From: Raillietiella orientalis
Taxonomy: Eukaryota
Assembly (NCBI GenBank): GCA_036172245.1
Contig: JAYWIR010000010.1
Location: forward strand, 1,922,001 to 1,986,000
Length of the DNA: 64,000 bases
Direction: 5' to 3'
The position numbers were made by a program, and so were the translations under genes. A model generated the notes under the pieces. It was not told where the DNA came from, searched no databases, and saw nothing but the letters and a program-made list of their open reading frames with translations. This document shows, one piece after another, positions 49,770 to 62,017 of this stretch. How positions within the stretch are numbered: the stretch's first letter is position 1; every line of letters begins with the position of its first letter.

Positions 49770-51411
49770 CCTCCGTCACGTGCGTATGGCATTACCAAAT
49801 GCATTCTAAAGTGAATTTTTTTTTACAGTTGTTGCACTAATACTTTTATTTTGTATTTATCATATATTTACAAAAAACCGTTCAGAAGTATTACTTATAG
49901 ACATCTGAAGCATATATATATATTAGCATTGTATTTTTAAAACATCTATGAATTCATATTGTTAATCTTCGTTAGAAAGTTCTCATAATCTAAGCTTTTT
50001 CTCATACACCACTTTTAAAATAAACTCATTCCAATGTCTGCTTCTGTTTGTTTTTTTCAACTAGTCGTAGTGAATTTAGTCTAAATTGGACGTTTGCAGT
50101 CATCATCCTGTTTTGAATAATGTAATCATTTAATGAAATCCTTTCGTGCATATTACTCATATTACTCATTGCATACTTTCCGTTAAGCTTTTACCCCTTG
50201 AACACTTGGAATTGAAGACAGTATCATTTACCTATGATGCGTTCCTGCATGCGTCTGTGTATCTAGTGCTGTATAATTTGTCAATGGTGAAGCAATGACA
50301 ATGCATAATGAAGCGATTCTTCCGGATTCATTGCTGAAAATAGGTCATGAGAAAGTTCAAGAGCGGTGCGAGTCGTGGTCTTATGTTGAGAACAATTTTG
50401 ACCATGTTCTGTATTTTTGCCAATGTATGCATAGAAATTCCAAATCTATCCAGGTTTATTTTCGCATAAGACAAAAAATTTCATTCCAAAACGACTCCTT
50501 TTAGAAGGTATATTCTGCTTCCAAGAAGATCGCCCTTTCCATAACAACAAGGGTTCATCAACGCCAACGCCTTGTTCTGGATTTGCATTCATGCTGCAAA
50601 TATTTTTCCAAACAGTTTCCATTTTTGGAAACTCTGCTTCTTGAGGTCTTGCTTTGGTCATCTTCAGAATGAATACATCTGCAGGGTAACATCTGCGATG
50701 AGGCATCACTTTGCTAAAGAAAGGAGTGGGCACGCTTTCCCTTTCAGAGAAATTCAGCTCCAGTTTTGGCTCCCTGACATTTCCTTGCGATGTCAATAGT
50801 GAGATGAAGCACTTCATTCCTGTGGTGTTTCCGGGATGCCAATTTCTCTTCCTTGAAGAATGAATTTCAGTATATTGCCTTGCGTACTAATTAGTCTGTT
50901 TCACAATTATGGACATTAGTTTTTTATCCAAAAATTTATACAAATGAGGTGAGCATTTCTTCCTTGATTTTCTAGGCACATTGGATTGTGGACCGGGCTC
51001 CACAGGAAAAACTGGAGTTACGTTTACTATCTTACAGGGATCACTTTTTGCCAAAACGAATCATCCGAAGCCTTAATTGAGGAAAACAGATGAAGCTTCA
51101 TCGACAGAACTTCTCGTGTGTAAGCAAACCCAGAAAAAGAAGGAAGAATTTTTCGTTTGGTTGGCATACCTTACATCGCTTCAAAAATGCTTTGATAAAA
51201 AATTAATGAGGTCACTGCACATTGCAGTCCCTATCAGCATATAAGTAAAACACACAGATAAGGGGGACTGTTTTCACTTTTTATAAGAATTTCGTATTTT
51301 GATGGCAAGGAGTAATTTGTTTTCCGCCGCACCGCGTATATATCCGTCAAACGCACCACGGAGGCGCCTTTGCGAGACGTATATATACGTCAAACTCTCT
51401 TAGCAGGTTAA
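49770..51411 (-). mobile_element. Decayed piggyBac (PGBD4-like) DNA transposon
   Basis: TPFFSKVM...VDEPLLLWKGRSSWKQNIPSKRSRFGMKFFVLCE in ORF 50446-50817. The terminus reads TTAA-CCTG on the minus strand at 51411, with two subterminal GACG(T/G)ATATATACG repeats. The other end was not identified, so the start coordinate is approximate. Confidence 0.75.
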
Positions 51412-51943
51412 TTCACTTGGATTTTCTGGCGCTTGTGCATGTATCACAGCTTCCATGAACCAAGTGATTTTCAGAAGGTGCCTATTACTGGCATACCTAG
51501 GCTGTAGTGTAGCGTCTCATATCCAACTTGGGTGTTTGAGCTGCCATATTCAAATGGTGATTCGAGGCTTCTGTTCGAGGTTTCAGAACCTTCCAAATTT
51601 CTCAACACAGGATACTCAAACAGGAAACGAAGAAGAACTCTAAGGAAACCGCAAGCGGAATAATGCCGGCAGAGAGCCCTTCAACGAAGATCTCTTTTGC
51701 TGAGTTTTTTCCCCTACTCCTGATCAGGCTAAGTTCAGGTTTCTGGGGGCAGACTTTTTCGATAGGTACTATGAGAAAAGAACCCTACGAAGACATGGTA
51801 TGTTCAGATGAAATAAGTTGAAGCATACGAGAAAATAGGACCAAAAAAAAAATCAAAGCAGCCCAAGGAAGGCAAAGAAGGAAAACCGAAGGGCGCGCAA
51901 AAAAATTGGTGCAAACGGCGAGCAGACCAAGTAACAGATCGGT

Positions 51944-52625
51944 GTAGATCATCAATTTCGAAAGATCAGCGCAAGAGATAAAATGCCTATGCACATTAAT
52001 GTAAAAATTTATGTTAATGTGCATGGCTATTCATATTTACTAACGTACATATTATGAACTGTAATATTACTGGGACATATTTATTTATTGCCATACATTG
52101 TATTAATGTAATTAATATAATATATTGTTGATATATATATTCAAGGCTATGAAAAATAAATATATATGCTTATTATATAGATCAATATTTATAGACACTA
52201 TAAATATGTATATGAATATACATATGTACATATATATAATATGTCGTGTGTATAAATATATGCATCAATACATATAATAAGCATATATATTTATTTTTTA
52301 TAATGTTCGTGATGCGTATTAATCATACATTAATTTTTATACACATCTATATATATAATAGGCGTATATATTTGTTTGTTTATAATCTTTAATACATATA
52401 TCAAGACTATAATCAATAACTTAATGATTATATGAAAAAGATGTATGTCATTGAATCTTCATAAATGTATCCATTTCAATAATGTTGCTGCTTGTAATAT
52501 GTGCGTTAATAAATATGAATAACTACTCATATGAAAGAATGAATCCGCTTAGGAACCTGTGCAGAGCGAGCGCTTGATCTCTCGCGATCCTTCGGGATTT
52601 TAATCGTCCGGGATTTCAAGAGAGA
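51944..52625. mobile_element. Second, inverted copy of the AT-rich MITE-like element
   Basis: 52408-52490 (TATAATCAATAACTTAATGATT...TTGAATCTT...AAATGTATCCATTTCAATAAT) is the reverse complement of 27361-27445; 52555-52620 matches 27255-27315. Confidence 0.65.
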
Positions 52626-53269
52626 CCCGCGACGGACGCCTCGCTGTCCCATTGCTGACCTTTTCCTATGCGCGCGATCGCCAGACTCTCGAGTGGCCCC
52701 ACGGTTGGCTTTCGCGGTCTCGCGGGCGTGAGATGTGTCCATCCGTGTGTCTCGCTCTCGGCCGCTCCGCTCACCGGAGGGTGTTGGGACCTAGTCCGCC
52801 ACCGGCCATCTCTCTCCCTTCCTCCCTCCCTGCTCTGTGCGTTGGATGCACCGAGAGAGTTCTGTTGGAGTCTAGGAATCATCTCGAGGTGCACCTCGAG
52901 GAGGAGCAGCAGGAAACGGGAAACCGGGGCTTTCAGGTTTTGCTGTTCCCAAGACGGGAAAAGACACGAGATAGCTTCAGGGGAACTGGAAGGGTAGGGG
53001 GGAGGGGGAAAGTTGACTGCGAAAGGGCCCCGCGTTGCGGAGGCTGAGTGGCAGCCCGGCAAGCCCGAAGAAAGCGGCTGGGCAGACGGGGTCTGCGGCT
53101 CTCCGTGGACACATTGAAGGCTCGGAACTCTGGCCACTCGATCCGCAGAGCAAAGCCTCTGCAGCCCTCGCCCCCGCCCTTCTTTTCTCCGCCGGAGTAA
53201 ACCGGCGCTCAGAGCCCCGGAGGCACCGCCTGATGAGCTCGCGGACGGTCCTGGTCTCCTGTCTACTGT

Positions 53270-54661
53270 GCGAGTAGGGGATGAACGAAGAGGAACACCC
53301 CAAAAGGGAAGTGCCCGGAGTCTGCCTGAAGACTTGTGCGCTCCGCGTCGCGTCCTGTCGTCGTCTCCTGTGGTTGCGTCAGGAAGTCTCGGCCTCCTGA
53401 CGCTGAAGCGCCTGGAGCGGCATCTCCAGTGGAGAACGCTTGCCCTGGTGGCAAAGCTTTGGAGCACAAACTGGTTCGAGCCCGCACGATACCTGGTCAA
53501 GCGAGTCACCGGCTACGAGGGACTGTCTTCGTTCCTGGTGCGGCAGCGCAGACGCAACGTGTCCAGCTGCGCCGAATGGCCAAGTTGACCAGGATCAACA
53601 ACTGAATCTTCTGCCGGCCCGCTAACAGCAGTGCCTGGTTGCGAAAGCGCTCTTACATGGGCCAAGAGGAACGAAGCGAGCCCGGAAATGCAGCAGCGAC
53701 TGCTGCACTCCTACAACAACCGCTCGCTGCAGGACCTCATCGTGCAGCCCACCACATGTGCGTGGGCACAAAGAACATCCCTAGACTGTCCTCCCTCAGG
53801 GAGCACTCGGGCAGTAACCAACGGGCCAAATGGGAGGTCCGATGTTAGATCGGAGGAAGAGCGAAGGAATTAGGCATTTGCACAACGGGCCAGCTCACGG
53901 ACGCGGCTACCCCTAGTGCCCCATCGAAAGGACTATTGCGCTGGAGTGAGCTGCTAGGAATCCCACAAGAAGACCTCGAGTGGCCCCCAGCGCTGAAGAA
54001 CAACCGGGCCTCCCCCTGAAGTGACAGGTGTCAGCACTTCTGCTGTGGCACTGGGGTCTCCCGTGCAACGCCCGCCGGTCTCAGGGAACCAGGAGACTGT
54101 AGACCCCAACTGCTGCAGGTGCAGGGAGCGAGAATCCATCCCGCACCTGTCTGTAGACTGTGTTGCCCTCAGGTCCCTGTGGTTGCGTTAAGCAACAGCC
54201 CTTGGACCATCAAAGGGGACAATCCCAGAGACGTATTGAAGCACCTCTTCGTGCGCGATGCCCTTTCGCCTGCCGCATCCCCAGCAGCTCTTTGCTGCCT
54301 ACGTGAGATTGTGATGGCATGAGCTACGCGACAGGAGGACGGTACGATGGGGACGCCATCTGCTTCGTTCTGCTCTTCCTGAGGACGGCAGTAAGATGGT
54401 GCCACCTGGGGCATACTCAGGTGGAACTTGCCACATCATGGAAAGGATGCAGAGGACGCCCTCCAGCACCCGGTGACCCCTTCCCTAACTCTCCCAATTT
54501 TTTTTCTAAATACTTTTTCGTTTTATTTTTATTTTGGTTTGTCCCCTCCTTCCCTCTGCCTAGGCGAACCTCACTGACCTGCGTGCCGGTTATTTGACCG
54601 AGCATTTTCGGACAGTGTAGGACCATCGACCCTACACTATATGTTTATTTTTTATAATAAA
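53270..54661 (+). mobile_element. L1/Tx1-type LINE 3' fragment, copy D
   Basis: EDLCAP...SLGLL motif, PNCCRCRERESIPHLSVDC zinc finger, 3' UTR, hairpin and AATAAA, collinear with copy A. Confidence 0.7.
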
Positions 54662-55007
54662 CGCCCCGGAGTAACTAGGTGATAGACCAAAAGGGAAGTT
54701 CCGTTCCCTCCCTCACACCCTTCGGAGAGCTGGGGCGGGGGAAGTCCTGGAAGTCCATCAGGATAGCGCGCCCCGTATCCCGGGAGACATCGAACCGCTC
54801 AGGGGGTCGCCCGTCCCCTGCCCTCGTTCCGCCGTTTCCTCGCTTCCCCATGTAGCGGGCAGGCGCCTTGACCTCTCGGGCGGCGCAGGCGCGAACCGCG
54901 GGAGACTGGCTGCACCGATCGATCGATCGGCGTCGCGTGAGAGGACGACGGGCAGCGCCCGTTACCTAGACCGCCTCCGCCGCCAGTATCCGTCACGGCT
55001 TCCCGGT

Positions 55008-56998
55008 ATGTGGAGGTGCCTGGGGTCGCTGCTCGTCCTGCTGGCGCTGGGCCAGCTGTCCTGCGCGGAGCAACGAAGGAAACAGAAGGATGAGGACGGG
55101 GGAGAGCAGGGGTTCTTCAGCCTGCTCATGCCTCACGTGAGACCGCTGAAGGTAAGTTGAGGGGGTGAGGGGTGCGACCCCTGGAGGCGGAGGAGAGGGG
55201 GAGCATCCTCCCACGATCAGCGCTAGGGAGTAGGGGGAGGGAAAAGAAGTTGCTACACGCATGCAGGCGCCGTTTTAAGAGCGCGCGCGCGTCTCGGGAG
55301 AAAGAGGGTGGTGGCACTCCGTGCTGGTTGAGCGCTCGAGGGAAAGCAGGAAGGGGAGAGAATGCGCTCCATATGACAGAGACCATCTCTCTTACCTCTG
55401 CGACCTCCTCCTCTTCCTCCTCTGCCTGCCTTCACCCGGAGGTTGCCTGGAGACAGAAGAGACAGCGTCCTCCCTGCCGCCGCAACAGGGAGTGTCCGTC
55501 GGCTCTGCCCTTCCTTTCTCTCCCTCTCCCCTAAGTGTCGCTAATGGTTTCTTCTCCCAGCCGGAGACATACCTCTGCACCGCCGTCAAGCTGGAGCCGA
55601 AGGTCTTCTACCTGAGTGAGTGCAGATGGAGGGGGGCACGAGGGCGCCGGTCGCCTTCGCCTTCCTCCCGGACCTCCCCGGAGGGTTGACAAGCGGGGTC
55701 GTCTTTCCCCAGCGGGTTTTGTCCCCAACGCCACCAAGCAGACCGCCCACCACATGCTGCTCTACGGGTGCTCCTCCCCGGGTGACAGGAGAACCGTCTG
55801 GTGAGCGAAGGGCACCCGCCGCCGCCACTGGACCCCCCGCTGCGCCTCCTTCTCTTCCCCCTTAGGGACTGCGGCGAGATGGCGGCGTCGTCTGGGTGGG
55901 GCCTTTTCCGCAAGAGCCGCTCTCCCTGCGCCTCGGACCCGCAGGTGATCTACGGGTGGGCCATGGACGCGCCTTCCCTGGAGCTGCCCGAGGGCGTCGG
56001 GTTCCGCGTGGGCCGCGGAACGCCGTCCGAGTACCTCGTGCTGCAGGTGCACTACGCCAACGTCGCCAAGTTCCGAGGTAGGCCAGGAGCGACTGGCACG
56101 GGGCAGGGTGTGCGGGAGGGAGGTTGACGGCGGGAGGCCTCTTCCGCTTGGTGTCTCATCCTCCCTTCCCTGTTTATGCTCGGCGCCCGCAGATGGCAGC
56201 ACCGACGACTCTGGCATCTTCCTGCACTACACGGATCGCCCGTAAGCCAAGGGAAAGGGGGCGGCCGGGGAGAGGAAGAGGAGAAAGGGGGGCGGTGCGG
56301 GACCTCCCTCCCCCTCCCTTCCTCCCTCCCCTGTCTCCGACTGCCGCGCCCTCACCTGTGCTCCTCGCCCCGCAGGCAGCCGCGGACGGCAGGGGTGCTG
56401 GCCCTTATGACCAGGGGTGTCATCCCGCCGCTGAGCGACGAGAAAATGCAGGTGCACTGTGAGATCAAGGAGCCCACGGTCATCCACCCCTTCGCCTTCC
56501 GCACACACACTCACGCCCTGGGTCTCTCGGTCTCTGGCTACCGGGTGCGTCCGTCTCTCGACGGCGGCCACCAGTGGACGCTCCTGGGCCGCAGGAACCC
56601 TCAGCTGCCCCAGATGTTCTACCCGGTGTTTTCCAACGCGACCCTGGGCCCCGGTGACCTGATCGCGGCACAGTGCGCCATGAGGAACTTCCGGAAGAGG
56701 AAGACCTGGATCGGGTAAGTAGGCCTGCTCGCCTCCGTCCTCCCCTTCGCTCCCGCTTGAGGAAGGGAAGCAGAGAGAGGGGGAGGGAGGGAGTTCCAAC
56801 ACCCCCGAGTTCCCCCTATCCCGCGCGGATCCCTCCAGGCCCACGAACGAGGATGAGATGTGCAACTTCTACCTGATGTACTGGACGGAGGGAGACCGGG
56901 CTCTGCACATGCAGTTCTGCGTCAGCGCCGGACCGCCTCAGTACTACTGGAGGAAATATCTGACCAACATCCCCGAAGAAGACTTCTCCTCCCGGTGA
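55008..56998 (+). CDS. Phm: Peptidylglycine alpha-hydroxylating monooxygenase (monofunctional PHM), 348 aa, 7 exons
   Basis: Exons 55008-55151, 55561-55615, 55713-55800, 55866-56077, 56193-56241, 56376-56714, 56839-56998 join in frame (1047 nt). Signal peptide, LLMPHV, ETYLCT, AHHMLLYGC, WDCGEM, YLVLQVHY, FAFRTHTHALG, PQLPQMFYPV, DEMCNFYLMY; all copper ligands present. Confidence 0.95.
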
Positions 56999-58039
56999 AC
57001 GGTGGGGAGGAAAAGCAGAATTTTCCTCCTCCTCTTTGTGTGTGTGTTTTTCTTTCCGGGATCTTCGCCACCATCGTCTGTTCGGCGGGCATGGGATGGC
57101 GAACCTCACCGGAGGGGGGAACTCATGCGCAAGGGACCACCCGCACAGGGGAGTGCGGTCGGGAGGGAGAGAGGGTAACGGCGAAAGGGCAGTAGATCGC
57201 TTCCCCGACCTGCCCTTTTGTCCCGCCACTGGGTGGAGCTGATCCGGCGAAGCTCTCGAAAGTATGATGTGCGCAGCCGGCGCCGTTGGGAAGGGGAACA
57301 TCCAGAAAAGATTTTCAGGGTTTCCTCGGGGACCCTGGGGAGATGCTCCCGTCTGAAGAAGGGGAAGGGAGTGGACGGGCAGCGGTGTCTGGGGGAATCA
57401 CGAAGCCGACTGGCAGCCACTGCCCTGCAGATCAAGATCGCTCCCCTCAGAGACGGGTGCTTGGGAAGGATGGAAGGCGGCGTTGGCCCTGGTTCCGCAC
57501 CACCCGCCACCGAGAGCGCAAGGCCCTCCGCTGCTTCTCCCACGGCCCTTAGGCAAGGCTACCCCTCCATCCTCCACGCCGACTACCTGCCAGCCGGAGA
57601 GTTCTGCCTGGAAAGGCTCACGTCTGCCCTACGAGCCAGTTTCTCCAGAGTCCTATTCCTGAGCGGCGGGCAGCATCCCTCCCCCTCCCTCCTCGGTGCT
57701 GCGACGCCCTCGGAAGGAGGGAGTGCGCTCGCCCTCTTCGCCCCGAACCGTGAGGCTCGCTTGCGCCGAATTCCATCGGTGATTCCCCTGTTTCCCACGA
57801 CACCAGCTGGCAGCGAGGTCTGACGTCACCGCCGTGTCCTCCACGCTAAACGACGCGTGTCGCCACCAGTCAGTGCATACTTCCTGCATACTTCCCGAAT
57901 ACTTCAGGTATTTTTACCTAGTGTTACGTATTCACTCGATTGATTACGTCACGATTGTCCGTCGAATATTCCACGCACTTTTTCTGCACGCCCACAGGAC
58001 TAACCTCGTACTTATTCAGGCTCAACTCTACACATTGCG

Positions 58040-58590
58040 ATAAAAATAAAAATAATAACAATAACAGCAACAACAATAATGATAGCAGTAATAATAAAAA
58101 CAACAATAGCAACAATAGTAGCAACAAAAACAATAATAATAGCAATAATAGTACTGATAATAATAACAATCATAGCAACAATAATAATGATAACAGCAAT
58201 ACGAATAAGAATCATAACAATAACAATAATGACAATAATTGGAAAAATAAAAACAATACTAATAAGAACAATGACAATAATGGCACAAATAATGATGGCA
58301 GTAATAACAACAACAACAATAAAAAATACAATAATAATCATAACCATAACAATAAGAATAATAACAATAACAACAATAAGAAGAATAAGGATAATAATAA
58401 CCATAACAACAATAATGATAATAATAATAGCAAGAATGATGATGATAATGGCAACAATAAAATGTAGAAGAAGAAGAAGGATGATAATAATGATGACAAT
58501 AAGAATAATAACAAGAACCGGAAGACTAAGAATAATGACAATAAGAAGAATAGCAATGATGATGATGATGGTGGTGGTGGTGTTGATGAA
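58040..58590. repeat. Degenerate trinucleotide low-complexity tract (AAT/AAC/AAG/GAT)
   Basis: Direct reading of the sequence; it generates the Asn-rich and Ile-rich ORFs in the track. Confidence 0.9.
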
Positions 58591-59863
58591 TGATTTCACA
58601 GGAGTGAGTTCGTTTCCCTCAGTGCTCCGACAGCTGGATCCTTCCCACGTTCACGGGTAGACTCAGAGGTCTCCGCTTGGCCGGTGTTCACCAAGGGCGA
58701 GCTCGAAGAGGGGTGGGCAGCTGGTTTCCTGGAAGAAGATTGGCAGGGGGGGAGGCTCGCCGCCGGGCAAGTAGCAGACGCGGTTCCGCGTGGGTCGTCG
58801 CATTCCTCGGACGCGGAAGTGTCGGCGCCGGGCAAGCGAGGAACACTCTCATGAGAAGAGAAAGCTGGGGCGGCGGGGAGCGGGTCATCTCGTTCTTCCG
58901 CCGAGGAACGGATGCTCTTGTGAGCAAGTCTTCCACTGCTGCCGCAACAGCAGCGGAAGACAAATCCGACGGCAGAGCGAACCGCTCGTGCTGCAGGGGA
59001 CGCGGGGGAAAGAGCTCCTTCAACAGCATGATTTCTGGGAATGTCAGGTGGCGGAAAGAAGAAGGGGGACGGGGGGGGGGGAGGGAAGGAGAGTCTGGCA
59101 CCGTCTCCCCCCCCGCAGAAAAAAAACAAACTCCCATGAGACCTCCGTGCAAGTTCTTCTGGACGAGAGGAAGGGGAGGAGAGGATGTCCGCTTGCAAAA
59201 GCGCGGCCCGTCCGAGCGAAACGTCCTTGAGAGTTTTCTTCTACGATCCCACGCTGAGATAAGCGAACAAAGGAGCTGCTCCGGCTCTGGTCGGGGAGAG
59301 GCTGGACCAGTTCAGGTGGCTGTTGATTCGCCGATAGCCGCACCCCTGCGGTTGGCAGGAACGCGGGCGGCACCGTTACGACAGAAGGGAGATGCCATTG
59401 AACTTGGCGCGGACGCGCAGCTTTGTTCGGAAGCTGCTGCGTCGGCCCCTGGGACGAAGAAAAGATGCCGCGAGAATGCTCCTGGTCTCCGCTCATGCCG
59501 CCTCCGCTTGCCGCCCGCTGCCCGCGAGGATTGTTGGGGGGTCTCTGACCTCCAGGTTCGGGAACCCGGCAAGCCGAACTCCCACGTTTCGCTCTTTGAG
59601 GACGGTAGAAAGGGAAAGGACCTCCTGCTCCCGTGTTCCCGGGTCGGGAAGAGCGCTGCCCGGAAGCTCGCTGGCAGATGAGGGGGGACCGCCGCATCCT
59701 TTGAAACGATAGAAGGCGCATTCTTCGATCATGGGCAGCTCGCGAGTGTTGGGCTCGACGTATTTGGGCCGAGGGGGCTGTCTCGAAAGATCACCGGCAG
59801 GTGCATCGCGGCTTCCACCTGCAGGGGTGCCTCCCCAATTCAATCAGAAAGCTCGCGATCATC

Positions 59864-60949
59864 ATGTTCCACCGGCTCGTCTTGCTCTGCTTCTTCCTTC
59901 GCACCTTCGCGAGTGGCGTTCTGGTAAGGTGGTACCTTAATACTGTGCGTGGGTGTGGTGTGCGTGGGTGTGTGTACTCGAGGGAAGAATGAGGATTTAA
60001 ATGGCAGGGTTCTGCAGGTCGGGAACGATCCAGGCATCGTTCTGCAGTTTCCTCCTTATTCTGCGGCACGATGCTGATCGGCATCCCGTCGTTATCTTTT
60101 CCCTTTAGATCGTTCGTGGTGAGCCTTCTGTGGCAGCCAGCGAATCTCGCGATCCCTTCCCTCCTTCACGAAGGGAAGGGATTGTGAGAAGGATCGCGAT
60201 TCTCCTTGCTCGGTGGCCAGACTTTTCGGTCGTTCCCCTTTGCTGTCCCTCTTGATCCGCCTCGATCTCTCGGCACATTCCTTTCTGTTCCACCTGCGAG
60301 GGCGTGGCGATGTCTCCGTGCACCGTCAGTGCATAGTTTCTAATAAGAAGGCTGGTCCTTTTGGCTGGTCAAGTGCTCCTCTGGATGAATCGGGCTCTTT
60401 GCTACTTTCTAATGGTCTGCACGTCTGTATCCTTTCGAGCCTTCTTTGCCAGCGGGAATGTCCTCGATGCTTTTAGCCCTTTCTTTTCCGTCGATAGAGT
60501 TGGGTGAATTTAGGACAACTGGCTCCTTGCTCAATGATGAACATTTCGGGATACTCCTGTACCAGTCTTCCTTGGGAGGTGAATCTCTCGTGATGTATGT
60601 GATGCAGAAAGATTGCCTGGCTGCTACGCGAGTGCTCACGATGTTTTCTCGTTACTAGCCTGGAGGCATTGGGGATCCTTTATCTCCAGGTGAGGACCCG
60701 GATTCATACGGAAGGGCGAGGTATCTCCTTGAGAACTTGAAAACGTCTCTGGAAAGGATCGAAGTCGGCTGCGGATTCGACATCCTTCAGCTGCGCATCC
60801 AAGTGGTGGCTGGCATCAACTACTTCATCACCGCCCGTTTCTTTTGCCCTGATGGGAGCACACACCTATGCCACGTGCAGATCTACGACAGACCATGGCT
60901 GAACGAGTACGTGCTTCTGGGGTCCTCGTGCTCTAGGAGTGGATACTAG
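59864..60949 (+). CDS. Secreted cystatin (cysteine protease inhibitor), 116 aa, 2 exons
   Basis: Exon 59864-59923 (MFHRLVLLCFFLRTFASGVL|gtaagg, signal-like) and exon 60659-60949 (PGG, QVVAGINY, IYDRPWLN) are both phase 0. All three cystatin inhibitory motifs are present. Confidence 0.85.
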
Positions 60950-61399
60950 CGGAAGTCGTGAAGAAGTCTTTTTCTGCCAGTGCTCACGCATCGCCCATGA
61001 TCGAGAGCGGAGCATTCTTCTGCGAAGTAAGTCACCAAGCTGACGAAGAAAACTTGTTCTCCCTTCATGTCGACGTTTTTTTTTTCATTTCGGAGATTCC
61101 GTTTCTTTTGCCCTCTGAGAGTCTTAACCTCCCATTCCAAAGAGGAGGAAAAAAAACTGGTTCTTCAAAACCTGGGAGGCGAATTCCAACAACGAAGCTG
61201 AAGTCTCTGAATACGCTGTTGGCAAATCCATGTAGCATTCATGGACTCCTGACGCGCTCACTCTACATCCCGGACCGGTGGAGTCAAAGACACGAAATGA
61301 AGTCTTCATTTCCTTCGTGGATCATTGGTTTCCAGATCAGGCTCGCTTTGGGCACCGGTCGATGAAGCTGAAGGGTATCTTCCCGTCTGCCTCTCTTCT

Positions 61400-61900
61400 C
61401 TTCGCAAACTGCTGCTCTCTTCGCAGCTTTCCCAGTACCTCAGCACTTTCGCACATCCAAATCCTCCGAATGCTGTCCTGTAGATTCGTAAGGAACAAGT
61501 TCTAGGACCTTGAAGTATATGGCTGGTATAGCTGATAATTCCACAAAGACCCTTTCTTAAACACTCCTTGCATGTCCTTTAAGTTCCTTGTTATATTGTT
61601 CTTGAAACCTGCTCACGCGGCTTTTATGGCTACTAGAATACAATAATTCTTGTAGACGAGAGCTGCTTCTTGGAGCACTTCACCTAACTTTCTGAAAGTG
61701 ACCAACTCTACGTCGAGGCCAGAGAGCTGCGGATTAGCGTAAGATTGGAGGCTCTGGCTCTGCTAACAAGGCAAGCAGAAACTGGTAAACTCATGTGCTG
61801 ATGAAGTGTTGCTGTTTCAAGCCTCCTATCCAAAGCAGGATCTGATCGTCCAAGCTGCCGTCCATAGAGTGGGTTCTGATGGTGTTCTGAGTCGATCAGA
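61400..61900 (-). mobile_element. Decayed RTE-like LINE 3' remnant
   Basis: Broken frames give RRVGHF...RLQELLYS...FKNNITRNLK, resembling the RTE C-terminal RW.GH...RLP..LLYS...FKD.LK.NLK pattern. Confidence 0.35.
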
Positions 61901-62017
61901 AGACTCGAAATTTAAGCTGTAGCAGAAGAACACCTTCACATGAGAACGCTCCGCCGGTGGAAACAGTTCCTTAGCTGCTTTCTTTCAGCTTGCATTTGAT
62001 AGGGCTCCATTTCCTGA

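Noticed and set aside
57924..58660. Asn-rich and Ile/Leu-rich ORFs of 175-195 aa
   Set aside because: They are translations of a degenerate AAT/AAC repeat that is open in several frames on both strands; no splice or domain support.
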